Below are positions 38,640 through 50,952 of a stretch of DNA of 64,000 nucleotides, in pieces. Under the pieces are notes generated by a model. That model searched no databases and had not been told where the DNA came from. It saw only the letters and a program-made list of their open reading frames with translations. This DNA comes from Octopus sinensis. Taxonomy: Eukaryota. The position numbers and the translations under genes were made by a program. The stretch spans positions 186,001 to 250,000 of the forward strand of contig NW_021832232.1 in the NCBI RefSeq assembly GCF_006345805.1. Reading direction: 5' to 3'. Numbering within the stretch: the stretch's first letter is position 1; each line of letters opens with the position of its first letter.

Positions 38640-39900
38640 ATAAACTCATGTAAACAATAAACCAAAGAAATTAAGCACACCTACCTATATATCCCCTGCT
38701 GAAGTTGCAACGGTGATTACCAGTACGAAATCACCCCTATCCTGTGGACCAGACTTGATTCCAACAACCTTGCTAAAGCACCTTGGTCCCATCGGAGTTG
38801 ATGCAGTGACAAACTTTTTCAACTATTCCGTTAACCAGAATTAAATACCAAATATATGGAAAAATTCTTTTATACCCCTAATTCTTAAGTCGGGCCGACC
38901 GAAGAACGTCCCCTCCTCCTATAAACCCATCTCACTTTTATGTTCAATTGCAAAGATTTTTGAAAAACTAATTATCGATTTGATCACCCCTATTCTCCCC
39001 CTTACATACATCCAACATGGTTTCAGGAGTAATTTCTCTACCTCGACAAATCTTAGCACATTAACCCAGTTTATAATGGAAGGTTTTGCAACTAGACCTC
39101 ATCTCAAATCAACTCAAAAAATATTTGTCTTATCCATCGATTCTAACATAAAACTCTGGTTTTCGAATTTTCTCAGCGGAAGGAGAGGGCGGTGTATGCC
39201 TGAGTGGAATCAAATCAATCTCAAGATTGCTTCTAAATGGAGTTCCCCAAGGCTCCCCCCTTTCTCCTGCTTTATTCAATTTATACCTATCCGACATTCC
39301 CTACCCTGAAATGGAAGACTCAATCATTCTCGCCTATTCTGACGACCTACTCATTGGATCACGTGATCAAGATATCTCGAAAGCTTCCAAAAAAGCATAA
39401 GATCTCTTATTACAAATTTGAACTTGGCTATATCAAAACAGGATGAACATCTCTCCGAAAAATCGTCCACTATCCTATTTACGTCAGACAAGAGACTTGG
39501 AATACGTAATGTTTATCTTTTTCTTGACAACGAAAAGATCTCATTCACGAAGAAACCTAAAATTCTGGGGGTCACTTTTGACACCCACATGTGTTTTACT
39601 GCCCATTTAGAGAAGGCCATCGAATCCAGTCAGAGAAAGATTGGACTTGGCGGACTAAAGAAACCATTCCCGGCTCTCGGCATTCTCTACAGACAATTCA
39701 TCGAACCGACAATTGGCTATGCCTGCGCCCCATTGGGAATTAATTTTTCATGGTCCAACCGCCTTAAAATTGAGACTACATTATGCCGAGCTGCGGCTAG
39801 CATAATGCATATTTTAATTTGAACAATATTATTCCAAATCCGCTTGACCACCTAATAAAGAAAGAGGGAAGAGCTTCTTAGCCATTCAACAGGACCAACT
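38640..39900 (+). mobile_element. Decayed LINE reverse transcriptase, related to the fragment at 40-1110
   Basis: LILKSGRPKNVPSSYKPISLL, QHGFR, VPQGSPLSPALFNLYLSDIP, YSDDL and PKILGVTFD across frameshifts. Confidence 0.85.
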
Positions 39901-40367
39901 GTCAAAAGACCATCATATGTCAATTAGTAACCAGAAGCACATCACCCCGATTCAATTCCTTACAAAAACTGTTCCTTGTCCGTCCCGCAATTGCGTTGGG
40001 TCCAGAGTCCAACATCGGGAAAAGCTGAGAAAGATCTTCAGAATTGTTGGAATCACCTAATTAATTACTCTAATTAACTGTTGGTGATTTTTGGGTTAAA
40101 TAAGAAAAATTAAAGAATCAAAGACGCAACGGCAAAAGAAAATAACTTTCAATTTTTTATTATGCCTTCTAACATAATTCCTATGTAACATCTTCTTGCA
40201 TCTATAGTCCCACAGTGGTCGCCAGTCTTTATCCATTTCATGCAATTTGAACATATTGAGTTATGTTCTCCAAAGAATAGATTTGTATCTTACACAATAC
40301 AGAATAAGCCTTTAGACTTGGCCTTTGTTTATCTAGTGACTAGAGTTTTTAACATTTACAAAATTCT

Positions 40368-40568
40368 CTATAACGCTTTTTTTATAAAATGGAATGCAGA
40401 CACTTCGACACCAACCACCAGTTTTTTGTCAAATAAAACTGATTTCTCAAGTAAATATTTGTGCTTTAAGTATTCTCCAATAATGGCTAAATGAATTTTT
40501 TCTAACATTTCGAGCTGCAGAATCGAGAAGCTTCTTTTGCAGGGACCAATTCTATTTTTTAAGACCAT
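40368..40568 (-). mobile_element. Possible Ty3/gypsy RNase H remnant
   Basis: LEKIHLAIIGEYLKHKYLLEKSVLF loosely resembles EKELLAIVxxLKHFRHYLLGK. Confidence 0.3.
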
Positions 40569-41413
40569 AAGGAATTTAAAAGCATACGCTCACTCAAAAA
40601 AGAAATTAAACCAATGCTCTTCCAAAATTGTTAACAGAAAGATATAATTTCTGTTTGTTACAAGGCTTTCTTAACATAGATTCACGCAGAGTAGAGTTTG
40701 TAACCGTTTTCTTTGTCTATCTTTTTGCTCACTGATGCTTGTTTCTTCCCCCTGGCACAATTTTCACGTTCCCAATAGATTTTCTGAAAGAAGTTTAGAG
40801 GCTTTAAGAAATTCGCTAAGCTTGGTATTTACATAATTGATCATTAGTTTATAGAGAGCTCAATCTCCACAGTCTGATCAATGAACTGTTTTTTCGGTTA
40901 AATATTCTATTCCGTCAAATTTTCCACATTTTTTGATATCCACTTGAATAAGGTTTTTGGTTCTGTTTTTTCAGTCCTCTATCAAACTCAAATGTTTATT
41001 ATCTAGTCCGAATCTCTTTATTAAAATTTATTTAACCTTGTAATTTAGTTAGTTAACTAATTAACCTGTAAAAAATTGAAATTATCAATTTTCAAAGTTG
41101 TTTTTAAATTTTAGAAATCCAATGTCTAGAAAACTAAAGCAAAGTGAAAAGATCAGAGTTCGCAAGGATATACAGTCGGGTCATAAGGATAAAATGACTT
41201 ATGAAGGATTTAACATCTCTAAAGAAATTCTATACCAACTCAAAAACAAAAGGGAAGGAATCCTAGCTCAAAGCTTTTCAACATCCGAAGAGGCAATTGG
41301 ATACGATTCTTAATGCAATGCCTAGATGACAAAAAATATTTTTCAAACTTTGGTTATTTTGATTTAACGAAGAAATGGGAGAAAAAAGAAATAGCATTGT
41401 TAATTGACAATTG

Positions 41414-41500
41414 ATACCGGGATTTAGGACACGTATTAATATTTTAGATCACAATCTTTATCTTTATTGATAACAAAACAATTACAATAATACAACAAAA
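41414..41500. repeat. 87-bp direct repeat, copy 1
   Basis: Near-identical to 43606-43692. Confidence 0.95.
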
Positions 41501-41819
41501 CTTTCCATGGTGTTTCTTTCAAACTCTAAATCGTCGACGTAATATTTTTTCAAATAATACAAATTCTTTAATTTAGCCATGTGACCAAGGTAAAAGACAT
41601 TTAAGAATCATTTCAATAACTTAACTTGAAAACGATTATCTAGAATACAAATCCTGCAGCGCAAATAGATGAAGCAATAAAGGGAATCACAATATTAAAT
41701 GTTTTTTCATGTTGAAAATTGGCCAATTCGGAGTCACACTGTAATACTCCAATTATAATTTTCTTATTATTTATAAAATATAGCTTCTAACATCTTTTTT
41801 CCTTAATTTTCATGATTAG

Positions 41820-42070
41820 AGCCTGGCTCGGCAGCAAGAAACTTAAACCTCGCAAAGTTACAAAATACTCGTTCTTGGCCAGAAATCAATTTTTGCTCCA
41901 ATAGCCGTGGAAACATCTGGGATCATCAATTCGGAATTGCTTTCTTTCCTTTGTCGGCTGGGGATAAAGATCGCTAAGAAAAGTAAAAATCCCAAAGAAA
42001 CTTGTCATCTTCTGCAAAGAGTTTTGTAGGCGATCGTCCGGAAAACTGTTAGGCCATCTTATGCCCCAGC
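41820..42070 (+). mobile_element. CRE-like non-LTR retroelement, restriction-like endonuclease C-terminal remnant
   Basis: Across shifts reads KYSFLARN..APIAVETSGIINSELLSFLCRLG..KETCHLLQRV, resembling the FVPLAVETLG..FLFQRIS motif. Confidence 0.55.
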
Positions 42071-43605
42071 AGTTTAATATAATTTTTGTCTGTGTTTTTT
42101 TTGCGTCAATAAAATGTGTTTCATTAATAAAAAATTTTGATACTTCTTATAATCACATCTAATTGATTTTATTATGGAAAAATACAGCCTGACAATTCAA
42201 AAAAATGAAACTATATTTTCCATTGCTCTTAATTTCATAATTTATGATTTATTAATTGAGACTTGAGTGTACTAAAATTTTTAAAATTTTATATTTTCAC
42301 TCCAAATTAAACCAAATCTCCTGATAAGAAGATACAATGAAATTTAATCCAAGCGGTTTTTATTCAACATTTTAATAATAATTATAATTATGAAAAAATA
42401 ACTAATTGTCTAATAATAAAACCGCAGATTATCTATCAATACATATATATTTTTTATCTATTCTCTTGTCTCAATTATTGTTAATTCTGTGGTTAAAAAA
42501 CGAGACGGAAAAATTCTATGGTAGAATACGATGGAAAAATATTTTGAAATAATATAATCAATTCAAAATTTAAAAGAAAATACATAACTAATATATTCTT
42601 GTTTTTAATAAACATAGTGATCGAGTTATTAAAACAGCAAATCAGTCTTAATACTGTTAGATAGTCACTTTAAAATAGTCACTTTTATAAAACTTTACAG
42701 ATTATGTGTAAATACCAAATGTAAGCTAAAATGCGATTATTATTATTTAAACAAGACCACCGTCTAAAAACCCAAAATAACTAATCAGGTCCTTCCCTTG
42801 TTCCCCCACAATTTCTGTAGGGTCGCTACGGGTGTGTCATTAGGAATGTCTTCCTCCCATTTCTTCGCAAGATCTCCTTAAAAGTGGTAACATTTAGTTT
42901 CTCGTTTGGTTCTTTCAGAGTTTTGCAGATTCTTGATTGAATTTTCGTAATTTTTTCCCGATTGCGATTAATTAAAAAGCGGAAAAGCGATATATTTAAA
43001 TAAATTTTCGTATTTAAAATTGATTTATTGCTAAATGGACTTATGGAATGGTTTGTATGCTATTCTAAAGTATTTAGTTAACCTTTTTCAAGACAATGAT
43101 GGAAATCCAATAAACAGAGTGTTAGTACTCTTAATCAACAATAAAAAATTTAGAGACAATAGATTATCATCAAGTAGAAAAAGAAATAATGAAGAAAGAC
43201 AAAATCGAGAATTTTCCTTTTCTCAAAATGAATCTAGCCGCAATGACTCGACTACTTTTAAAGAAATATGGAGCTGGGATAATATAAGTAAAAATTCTGA
43301 AGTGAATAACCCCGTTGGATATTCTGCATACAATAAGTTATATAACAATGTGATTTCTTGGTCTGATAAATGGGACGAGGAAAAGTTTTTAAATTTATTA
43401 AATTAATTTAGTTTGAAGAAAAAGAAGTCATCTAAAGCTAATAAATATTAATCTCATATAATCTTTATTTTATTTCTTGGCTTTAATTTAATTTCTTTTT
43501 TTTATTAAGAGTGGAAATTCTGCTCTTGTCCTTAAGTGCACAAATAAAATATTAAGAATTGATTTTTGTTATCCTTAAATAGATTAGATTGATTATATCG
43601 ATCAA

Positions 43606-43692
43606 ATACCAGGATTTAGGACACGTATTAATATTTTAGATCACAATCTTTATCTTTATAGATAACAAAACAATTACAATAATACAACAAAA
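43606..43692. repeat. 87-bp direct repeat, copy 2
   Basis: Near-identical to 41414-41500; I count two substitutions. Confidence 0.95.
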
Positions 43693-44369
43693 ATTGCGGT
43701 AGAATTTTTATAATTTTATTACACGCCTGAACCTTTTTTCTTAGTGAAAATAATCACTTTTTGATCTTTTTTAAGTAGTTAATCCAACCTGAGGATTTAA
43801 TGAAGGTCGTGTTTACGATTTCATAGTGATTAACGCCACTTTTGACAAATTTGACAGAATTTTAACCGACAATTCTTTCTAGAAGTTTAATCCTGAACTT
43901 GAAATAAAAAATCTTTCGAAATTTAAATTTATCTGATAAATAAATGAAATGTTTTGGTTGTTTATTGATTTTTTAGAATTAAAAACAAAATCACTTGGGA
44001 ACTATTTTTATAAAACCTACATATTAAAAATGACCAGCAGTTATACAAAATATAATAAATAAATTTACTTCATTTTGTACAGACATATCAAATTAACTTT
44101 GTCTAATAAAGATTTTCCCAGAAATCATTCAGGTCACGTCATCTGTTTTCGACGAATTGCACCAAGCTATCAGTTTGGAATGTCATATATGTTTTCATTT
44201 TTCGCGCGTATATTGGAGTAAGATAAAGACATTCCCTGAGGACACCCGTGCCTAAAGTAATGAATTTTGCCTTGAAGCCTCTGAAAGCGACGATCGATGA
44301 ATACTTAAAAAACGTAATTTATAATTTATTATTGAATGATAGAAATAAAAAAACCCTTGATTATCGATG

Positions 44370-44950
44370 CCCGCGTTGGTTAAAATTCAAAAATGGAAAG
44401 AAGACTATGTTAAATATGGTTTTACGAAGATAATTATTGAAGGAATCGATAGACACCATTGCATTTTTTGTGATGTATTTTTTCAAGTTCAAATTGTTAA
44501 CCATCAAAGTTGGACAGACATTTTAAATATATTTACCAAAGGCGAAACTTTCAGGAAATGATTTTGAGTGTTTAAAAGCCAAAGGGGATATCAAGGAACG
44601 CTTCCAAAATTTGAATTTACCTGCATTGACACTCTGTTACTTTTGGCATACCTGGATTGTCAACATATTTGGTTTCAAAATAGAGAAGAGTGGGGATAGA
44701 GAATAGGCTAAAGACAATTTGATTGAAATGCAAGCATGTACATTACTGTAAATGTTGAACAATTCAAATTCTGCGGAGGTTTTATGGTCCAGTTTGCAAG
44801 TTTGGTTTCCCAGCCTTGTAAAAAAACACTGAAAGTTCTGGTTCTATTTTCTACAACTTTTCTATATGAATCTGCCTCTTCATTTCTACTATATATAAAA
44901 ATAAGTACAAAAAAGATATCAGAACGGCACTAGCAAATTTAATTAAACCT
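44370..44950 (+). mobile_element. Internally deleted hAT (Buster/Charlie-like) transposase remnant
   Basis: KWKEDYVKYGFT..CIFC..PSKLDRHF (BED finger) is joined to KKTLKVLVLFSTTFLYESASS (dimerisation domain). Confidence 0.7.
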
Positions 44951-46479
44951 AAAAGGCCGAAAAAGTTCCAAGCAACGTAATTAATTTTTTTACATAAAAT
45001 CTGAATTCTGTTAGATTTAAAATCGTGAGTGAAAGCTCAAACGTTTTAGAATTTAAAATAAAAATATTTTTTAAAAACTCCAAAAAATCTATTTAATTGT
45101 GATTATTCTCTTGTTTTAATATCTGCAGCAATATTATAGCAAGTAATTTTGTCCCAATTAATTGTTGACTTTGTAATTGGAAGAATGCGTCTTAGTGACT
45201 TGAAATAAATCTGAAACGTGTCATCAAAAAATGAATTTGCTGAAGCTTGAAACTTGGTTTCGAACAAAAAAATTATTGAAACGACAGCCTCTGCGAGTTT
45301 TGGTTGCTTTTATATATTAAACAAAAAATACGTTTCTTATTTTCTGTGTAAATTTCTTTTCCACACAAAGCTGAACATTACCGTCCTCCATGTAATGCAC
45401 CCTTCCATTTATATTTCCTTCAAGCACCCAACCAACTTGTTCATTTCCTGCCAATTCCCACTCAGAAACAATTATACCACTCCTTAAAAATCGATTAAAA
45501 TTTTAAAAACCAAAAATTTCTTAAATTGACTCGAGATGAAGAAATACAAATATGGAACTCAGTGCCAGTAAAAACAACAAGGGATGCCCCCGAGTCATAA
45601 TGGGACTTGACGTACCCCTGTACTTGTTTTTGTAGGGATTTTGTAAGAAGACACTGGTTGCATTTATGATGACTGACTTTGCTGACTTTGAGAGTGAGAG
45701 GGTCAACACTAATTGATTTTTAGATCAAATTGACTTAAAAGATTTCATAATCGTCGGATCGAAGTATCGTCCTTCTTTGATTTGATTATATGGAGACAGC
45801 ACGACTTTAGTTCCCTCCACATTTACACAAGTGAAATGTTTCTGATGAAATAAATCGAATGCTCTTAAATAAAAAAATAAGTCAAAATACTTTTTTAAGA
45901 ATTTTTCAGTATTTCGATTCTTCGAGAGCTTCCGGAGGTCTATATGTTATGGGACTAATGGAAAACCCTTTAATATTTGTTCGGATTGACCAGGAGGACT
46001 TAAAAAAACAAGGTTGTAGATTATTTCCTAAAATGAGTTAATATAAGCATATAAAGACATTTGTTATTTTTATGATAAAAATACATGTTTTAAAGTTTTT
46101 TTGTTTAAATTTTTTGAGCAAATATGTTTTAAATATCTTATTTTTGAATTTAGCTTTATAACAAGTTTATGTAAAAAACCTTTAATTCTAAATCGTCCAT
46201 TTAACGTTGTTGAACAAAATATTGAATATTAATTTATCTATTTATTTTGGTAAACTATTATTAAAATAATTAAATTAATTAAAAACTTAATATTTATAAA
46301 TTATTAATATTACCAAATTGTGTTCGACATTTTTTTGACCATCACACTCCCTATTTCAAAATTAAAAATTGAGTGACTTCAGATCATGTTTGAGCAGCTT
46401 CTTTATAAATTTTCAGTATGCGCTAACTGAATAAAAGGTTCGACTGAATAGCCTTTTTACTATGGTCCCAGGGAAAGTG

Positions 46480-46620
46480 TTTTACTTAGAATTATTACGA
46501 ATCTGGTTTCTATTCATAGTGCCTAGATGGTCTATTTTTTTAGTCAACGGTTTACAATGAGGGCACTGTTTATTATGACCTTTGAAAAGATGCTTCCATT
46601 TTGAAGGAAGGAACACACGC
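46480..46620 (-). mobile_element. Non-LTR (R2/NeSL-like) retroelement zinc-knuckle remnant
   Basis: KQCPHCKPLTKKIDHLGTM resembles the CPHC..TVDHLAT motif that precedes the REL endonuclease. Confidence 0.4.
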
Positions 46621-47395
46621 TTTAAATTTTAGGGATATATTTCCTTATTAGAGATGTTAAAAAACTCAATTAAAGCAGCAATTTGTCAATTTCCTCGATT
46701 CTACTTGTTTTAAATTTACAGTGAAGAATTCTGTGATTGTGAAAATTGGTATAATTATTTTCAATTTTATTTTAAAGTCAAAAACATTTTCCGCTTTAAA
46801 GTCATAGTGACAAGTACTTTTTGAGGTTATTTCTTGGCGAATACCATTTCTTTACACGAGGCCACAGCTAATCTTTAAGTACGCGTATTGCTTCTTTACA
46901 AATTTATCTATTTTCTCGAGCCAAAATGATTCCAAATCTGAAAGACCAATTTAATCAAGCATTGAATAAATAGATCGACTGAGTTTAGTTTAGTTCTCGA
47001 TAATCTTTCGATTTTGAATTTCCTTATTAATATTTATGAGTACATTCCACTGAATTACCTAACTGGATGTGTCTTGTATTACTGCCAAATTCATTTGTTT
47101 GACCATTCCTCAATAAATAGCAATTTTGGCGGATTTCACAAAATACTCCTCCAGTCAATTTTGACGCAAATTTCAAATAATTTTTTCTCATGATTATATA
47201 GCGTAAAAAAGATCATAAACTATTTCTCAAATATTAAAAAACAAAGTTTAATGCTAGCTAGAATAAGTGACTAAAATGATAGTCAAAAGCATAAGGGTTA
47301 GCTCAACGACGCAACCCTGCGTATTGAATGGTAGTTTCCGCGGATCAGGGCGACCAAGATCATACACTAAATAACACAATTAAATTTAATAATTT

Positions 47396-48666
47396 TTATT
47401 TTGTCACATGATCGAGCATTTCAATATAAAAAATGTTCTTTTTACCAACCCTCAACAAATCTCCGTGACACAACAAGCGAGAACTCAGCTGAGATGAACT
47501 CAGTTTATCTCCGTTAACTCTTATACCTCCAGCATCAGCAACACGTACAAGACCACTCTCTCCATAGTGATTTGCGAGACGATTTTGAATGAATTCACTC
47601 ACACTCATTTGTCGTTCAATCACACATTTTATGGAATCCAGTTTGGGGTTACGATTAGAAAATGTCTCCACAAAATAATCCAATTCCTCGTTGGCAACTT
47701 GGTCTCCGTGATACCGGCGAGTAATTTCCTTAGCTAACATCAATTTGGCATCACGTGGGTTCCCTCCCTGTGTGATTTGGTTTTCAATGTCCTCAATTGT
47801 AGTGAGGGACATGGTTGTATAAACACGCAAATATCGGATTATGTGTTTGTCGTCTACTCTCATAGCCATACCAAACATGTCCCTTGGACTGAGATCAATC
47901 CCAATGTAGTTCCCCAGTGACTTGCTCTGTTTGGAAGCAGAAAGTCCTAACCCCGGGGTTATTGGAGTGAGGATGAGTGTCTGTGGTCTCTGGTTGTGCC
48001 TAGTCTGTAAATGACGGGCCATGTCCTCGTTAAAGTGTTGATCTGAGCCGACAACAGTAATATCACTCCCGAGTACGACGGAATCATATCCCTGAGGAGT
48101 GGATATATCAGTTCACTCAAAACAATCTCCTTAGACTGCTCCATCCTCTTCTGAAACATATCTCGTTCGATGACTCTGGCATGTGTCACCATCGAGGTTA
48201 GTCGAATAAAGTCAGGAACAGTCATTTTCTTGTACCATTCGGAGTTCCGATGCACACGCAACTTGGAAGAGTTTGTCAGAAGAATCTTGTCAATTTGTCT
48301 CAGATACGACAATATTGTATCCTCAAGACAGTCTCCGCCACAACGAGAGTTTAATTTGTCGGTAGGATCACCGACCTTTGTGGTGAAATCTCCGAGAACG
48401 AGATCTACTGCATGTCCTCGTTCTTGGAATGCCCTTAACAGCCACAGATTCACGGCATGTCCCAAATGTAGAGAAGGGCCAGTTATATCAATTCCATATT
48501 TCACGTTCAAAGAATTTCCACTTTCGAGTTTGGCTTGTAATTCTTGACGTGTAAACAATCGGTCGATATAACGGGAATTTTCTGAAATAAACGAAGAAAA
48601 TTTATTGGAAATTGGGCGTGTGTGATGTATAATAACTTTGTTCAGAAATCGAACAGTTTTCCACAT
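47396..48666 (-). CDS. tyrS: Intronless bacterial type-2 (TyrZ-like) tyrosyl-tRNA synthetase with N-terminal presequence; 1-nt deletion near 48094 splits the ORF
   Basis: KYGIDITGPSLHLGH (HIGH), GDFTTKVGDPT, YPLL/QGYDSV, GSDQHFN, KQSKSLGNYIG (KMSKS) and a C-terminal S4-like domain (GGIRVNG..RVGKK). Confidence 0.9.
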
Positions 48667-49345
48667 GTTTAATAAAACACGTCCAAATTACTTTACTTAA
48701 TTTAAATTTTCGATATTAATTTTTTAAAAATTAATTATCTTATGAGGTTAAATAAGATTCCTGTTTTGCGTTATTAAATAATTCCAGTAAAGCCATTTAA
48801 AAGGAGATCGACAGGTTAATTTATGAAGAATTGTTCACTAACAGAGAAATATAATAATCAACGTAAAAAGAAATGAGGACAAATCTAGAGGGCAGATCGC
48901 GTTGAGATATTTTTTTTCTTTATGAAAACCAAAAAATTCAGTATTTTCAGATTTACAAAAGTAAGTCATAATAAATGGAATCTATAATTATTAAAAAAAT
49001 CGCATTTAACTACAATACTGGGAAAAATAAATAAATATAACCAATTGATGATCGAGAAAGGACAGTTAAAAAAACTACCATTTAGAAAATATTTCCAAAT
49101 CAAATAAATTCAGATGTAAAAATGGAAAAAGTTTTTCTCAAAGAATGGGAGGAAGATCAAATTATCTCTACCTTATGTGGCTCAAATAAACATGGGTTTT
49201 ACTCCAATTCTTCATCAAAATAATGTCTTACTATCAATTCCGCAAGTCAGCTAAAGACCATTTAGCCTTTATAAGAAAGAACTGATTTATTAAAAAGAGA
49301 AAGAAATTAAACGTAGACTCATTCCTAAGCATTATAACTAGAAAA

Positions 49346-49913
49346 TCAAACAGGGACGTAATACTCCCCTTCAACCAACAATCTGGTGACTTCCTTGGGA
49401 GGCTTGTTATCGACAGTGCAACCAATGGACATGCACGTGCCTTCCAATTACTCAAACTGACTACCCAAAATTTCCTTGACTACACAAAACAGGGAATTCG
49501 ACAGACTCTTGAAACGCATTGAACGAGCGATTTCTATTACGTCATCGAACGTGATATTCCCGTTGTGTTTTATATTCTTGACTTTCTTCCGGTCTCGGGG
49601 GGTTTCCTTCAGAGCCTAGGCACATTTTTTGTATGAGGGACCTTCATTATTAGTGCAGAAGAGGAGGGGATGATCGTCATGGTGTACTGACGGTTCTGAA
49701 TTCGCAGTTGGACTGCTATTTTTATTCCTTTCCAGTCAGTTGTCGACTTTGCAATGTCTTCGGCCACTTTCTTGGCTGGAAGTCCCAGAGGGGCTATTCT
49801 TGGGGCAATTGTAGAGCTTGCGCCAATTTCACCACCGACTACTCGTAGTTTGACTTGACTATCACGGAGTGAAATATACCAATATGAACTGCAGTTGGAT
49901 CGAACTTGGACAT
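49346..49913 (-). CDS. RPL12: 60S ribosomal protein L12 (uL11)
   Basis: Not in the ORF track. Spliced: [70 protein letters not shown]; three introns of 24-26 nt. Confidence 0.95.
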
Positions 49914-50601
49914 CACAACAAACACACGTGTCTGATAATTCTATAAATTAAATCTTATTTTTATAAAATTAAATAATTAATCACATTTTAAAATATGCAG
50001 TTTAAAAATAAATTTGATTAAAAATAAAATGTGCGACCCACGAAAAGAATAAACAATTGACAAATCAAGACGAATAAATACATTAAAACCTTTTAGCAAA
50101 CTTGGCGTTTCTGATCTAAAACTATCTCAGGTGAGGGGACTAAACATAAAGCACACTAATACTTATTTTCTCCCGATAGCTTTCAGGATATATCTCAGAA
50201 AAGTTATCCGGTCATCAACAGCGTTTTCATAATTCTTTAGTCCAATTAATTATCTTAACGTTTTCCCTGGTTTTGTATAATAATAAGACAGAAGGTCATC
50301 GGGGGCATGTTACTGAGAGATTATTGAAGAAGTATATAATCTTATGAAGAAGGCGACAAACTAAGTGGTCAGAAAAGCTTGTTGAATCAAGTTTAAAGAC
50401 AAATAAAAAACATAGAATGGGTTGAAACGTTTTAGACCGGAATGAAATGTTGTCTCACAGCCGTTAGTAAAACCTACAAATTGGTGCAAAGTTAGTTCTT
50501 CGGTCAAAAGAGAACCTACACAATATTTCTCGAAAATAAAATAAATTCAAGCCATCTGAAATCTAAAAAATAGATTACGAAAACAAAATTAATAAAAAAA
50601 A

Positions 50602-50654
50602 GGTACTGGGAATTAAAACCAGGACCTTCCGCATGCCACTAGACGACATTCCCT
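50602..50654 (-). pseudogene. Truncated tRNA-like fragment
   Basis: Minus strand GGAATGTCGTCTAGTGG-CATGCGGAAGGTCCTGGTTTTAATTCCCAGTACC has A-box-like and degenerate B-box-like sequence, with about 16 nt of the D/anticodon region missing. Confidence 0.35.
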
Positions 50655-50952
50655 TTATCCGAATAAGTTACACTTTTAACCTCCTAAACAGATAAATTCA
50701 ATTGATCTAATTAAGACAAAATAAAAAAACTACTCGCCTGACTTTTGTCAAAGAACGTTATAATTTTTATATCCTAAATTGGTCCTTCTATTAAAACGCC
50801 ACTGCTTATTCTTGCTTTTCTAATTAGTTCTAAAAAATGGTTTTTGAAAATTGGGTGTAACTTTGATTAGCTATATCATGCGATCCATAAAAATTATTTC
50901 CATGTGAATAAGTAATATAAGAATAGTCTGATTTTATGCAAAACAAAAATAC

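Noticed and set aside
47290-47360. GC-rich hairpin-forming island downstream of TyrRS
   Set aside because: Stems are short and no RNA-family motif is recognisable; it could be TE debris.
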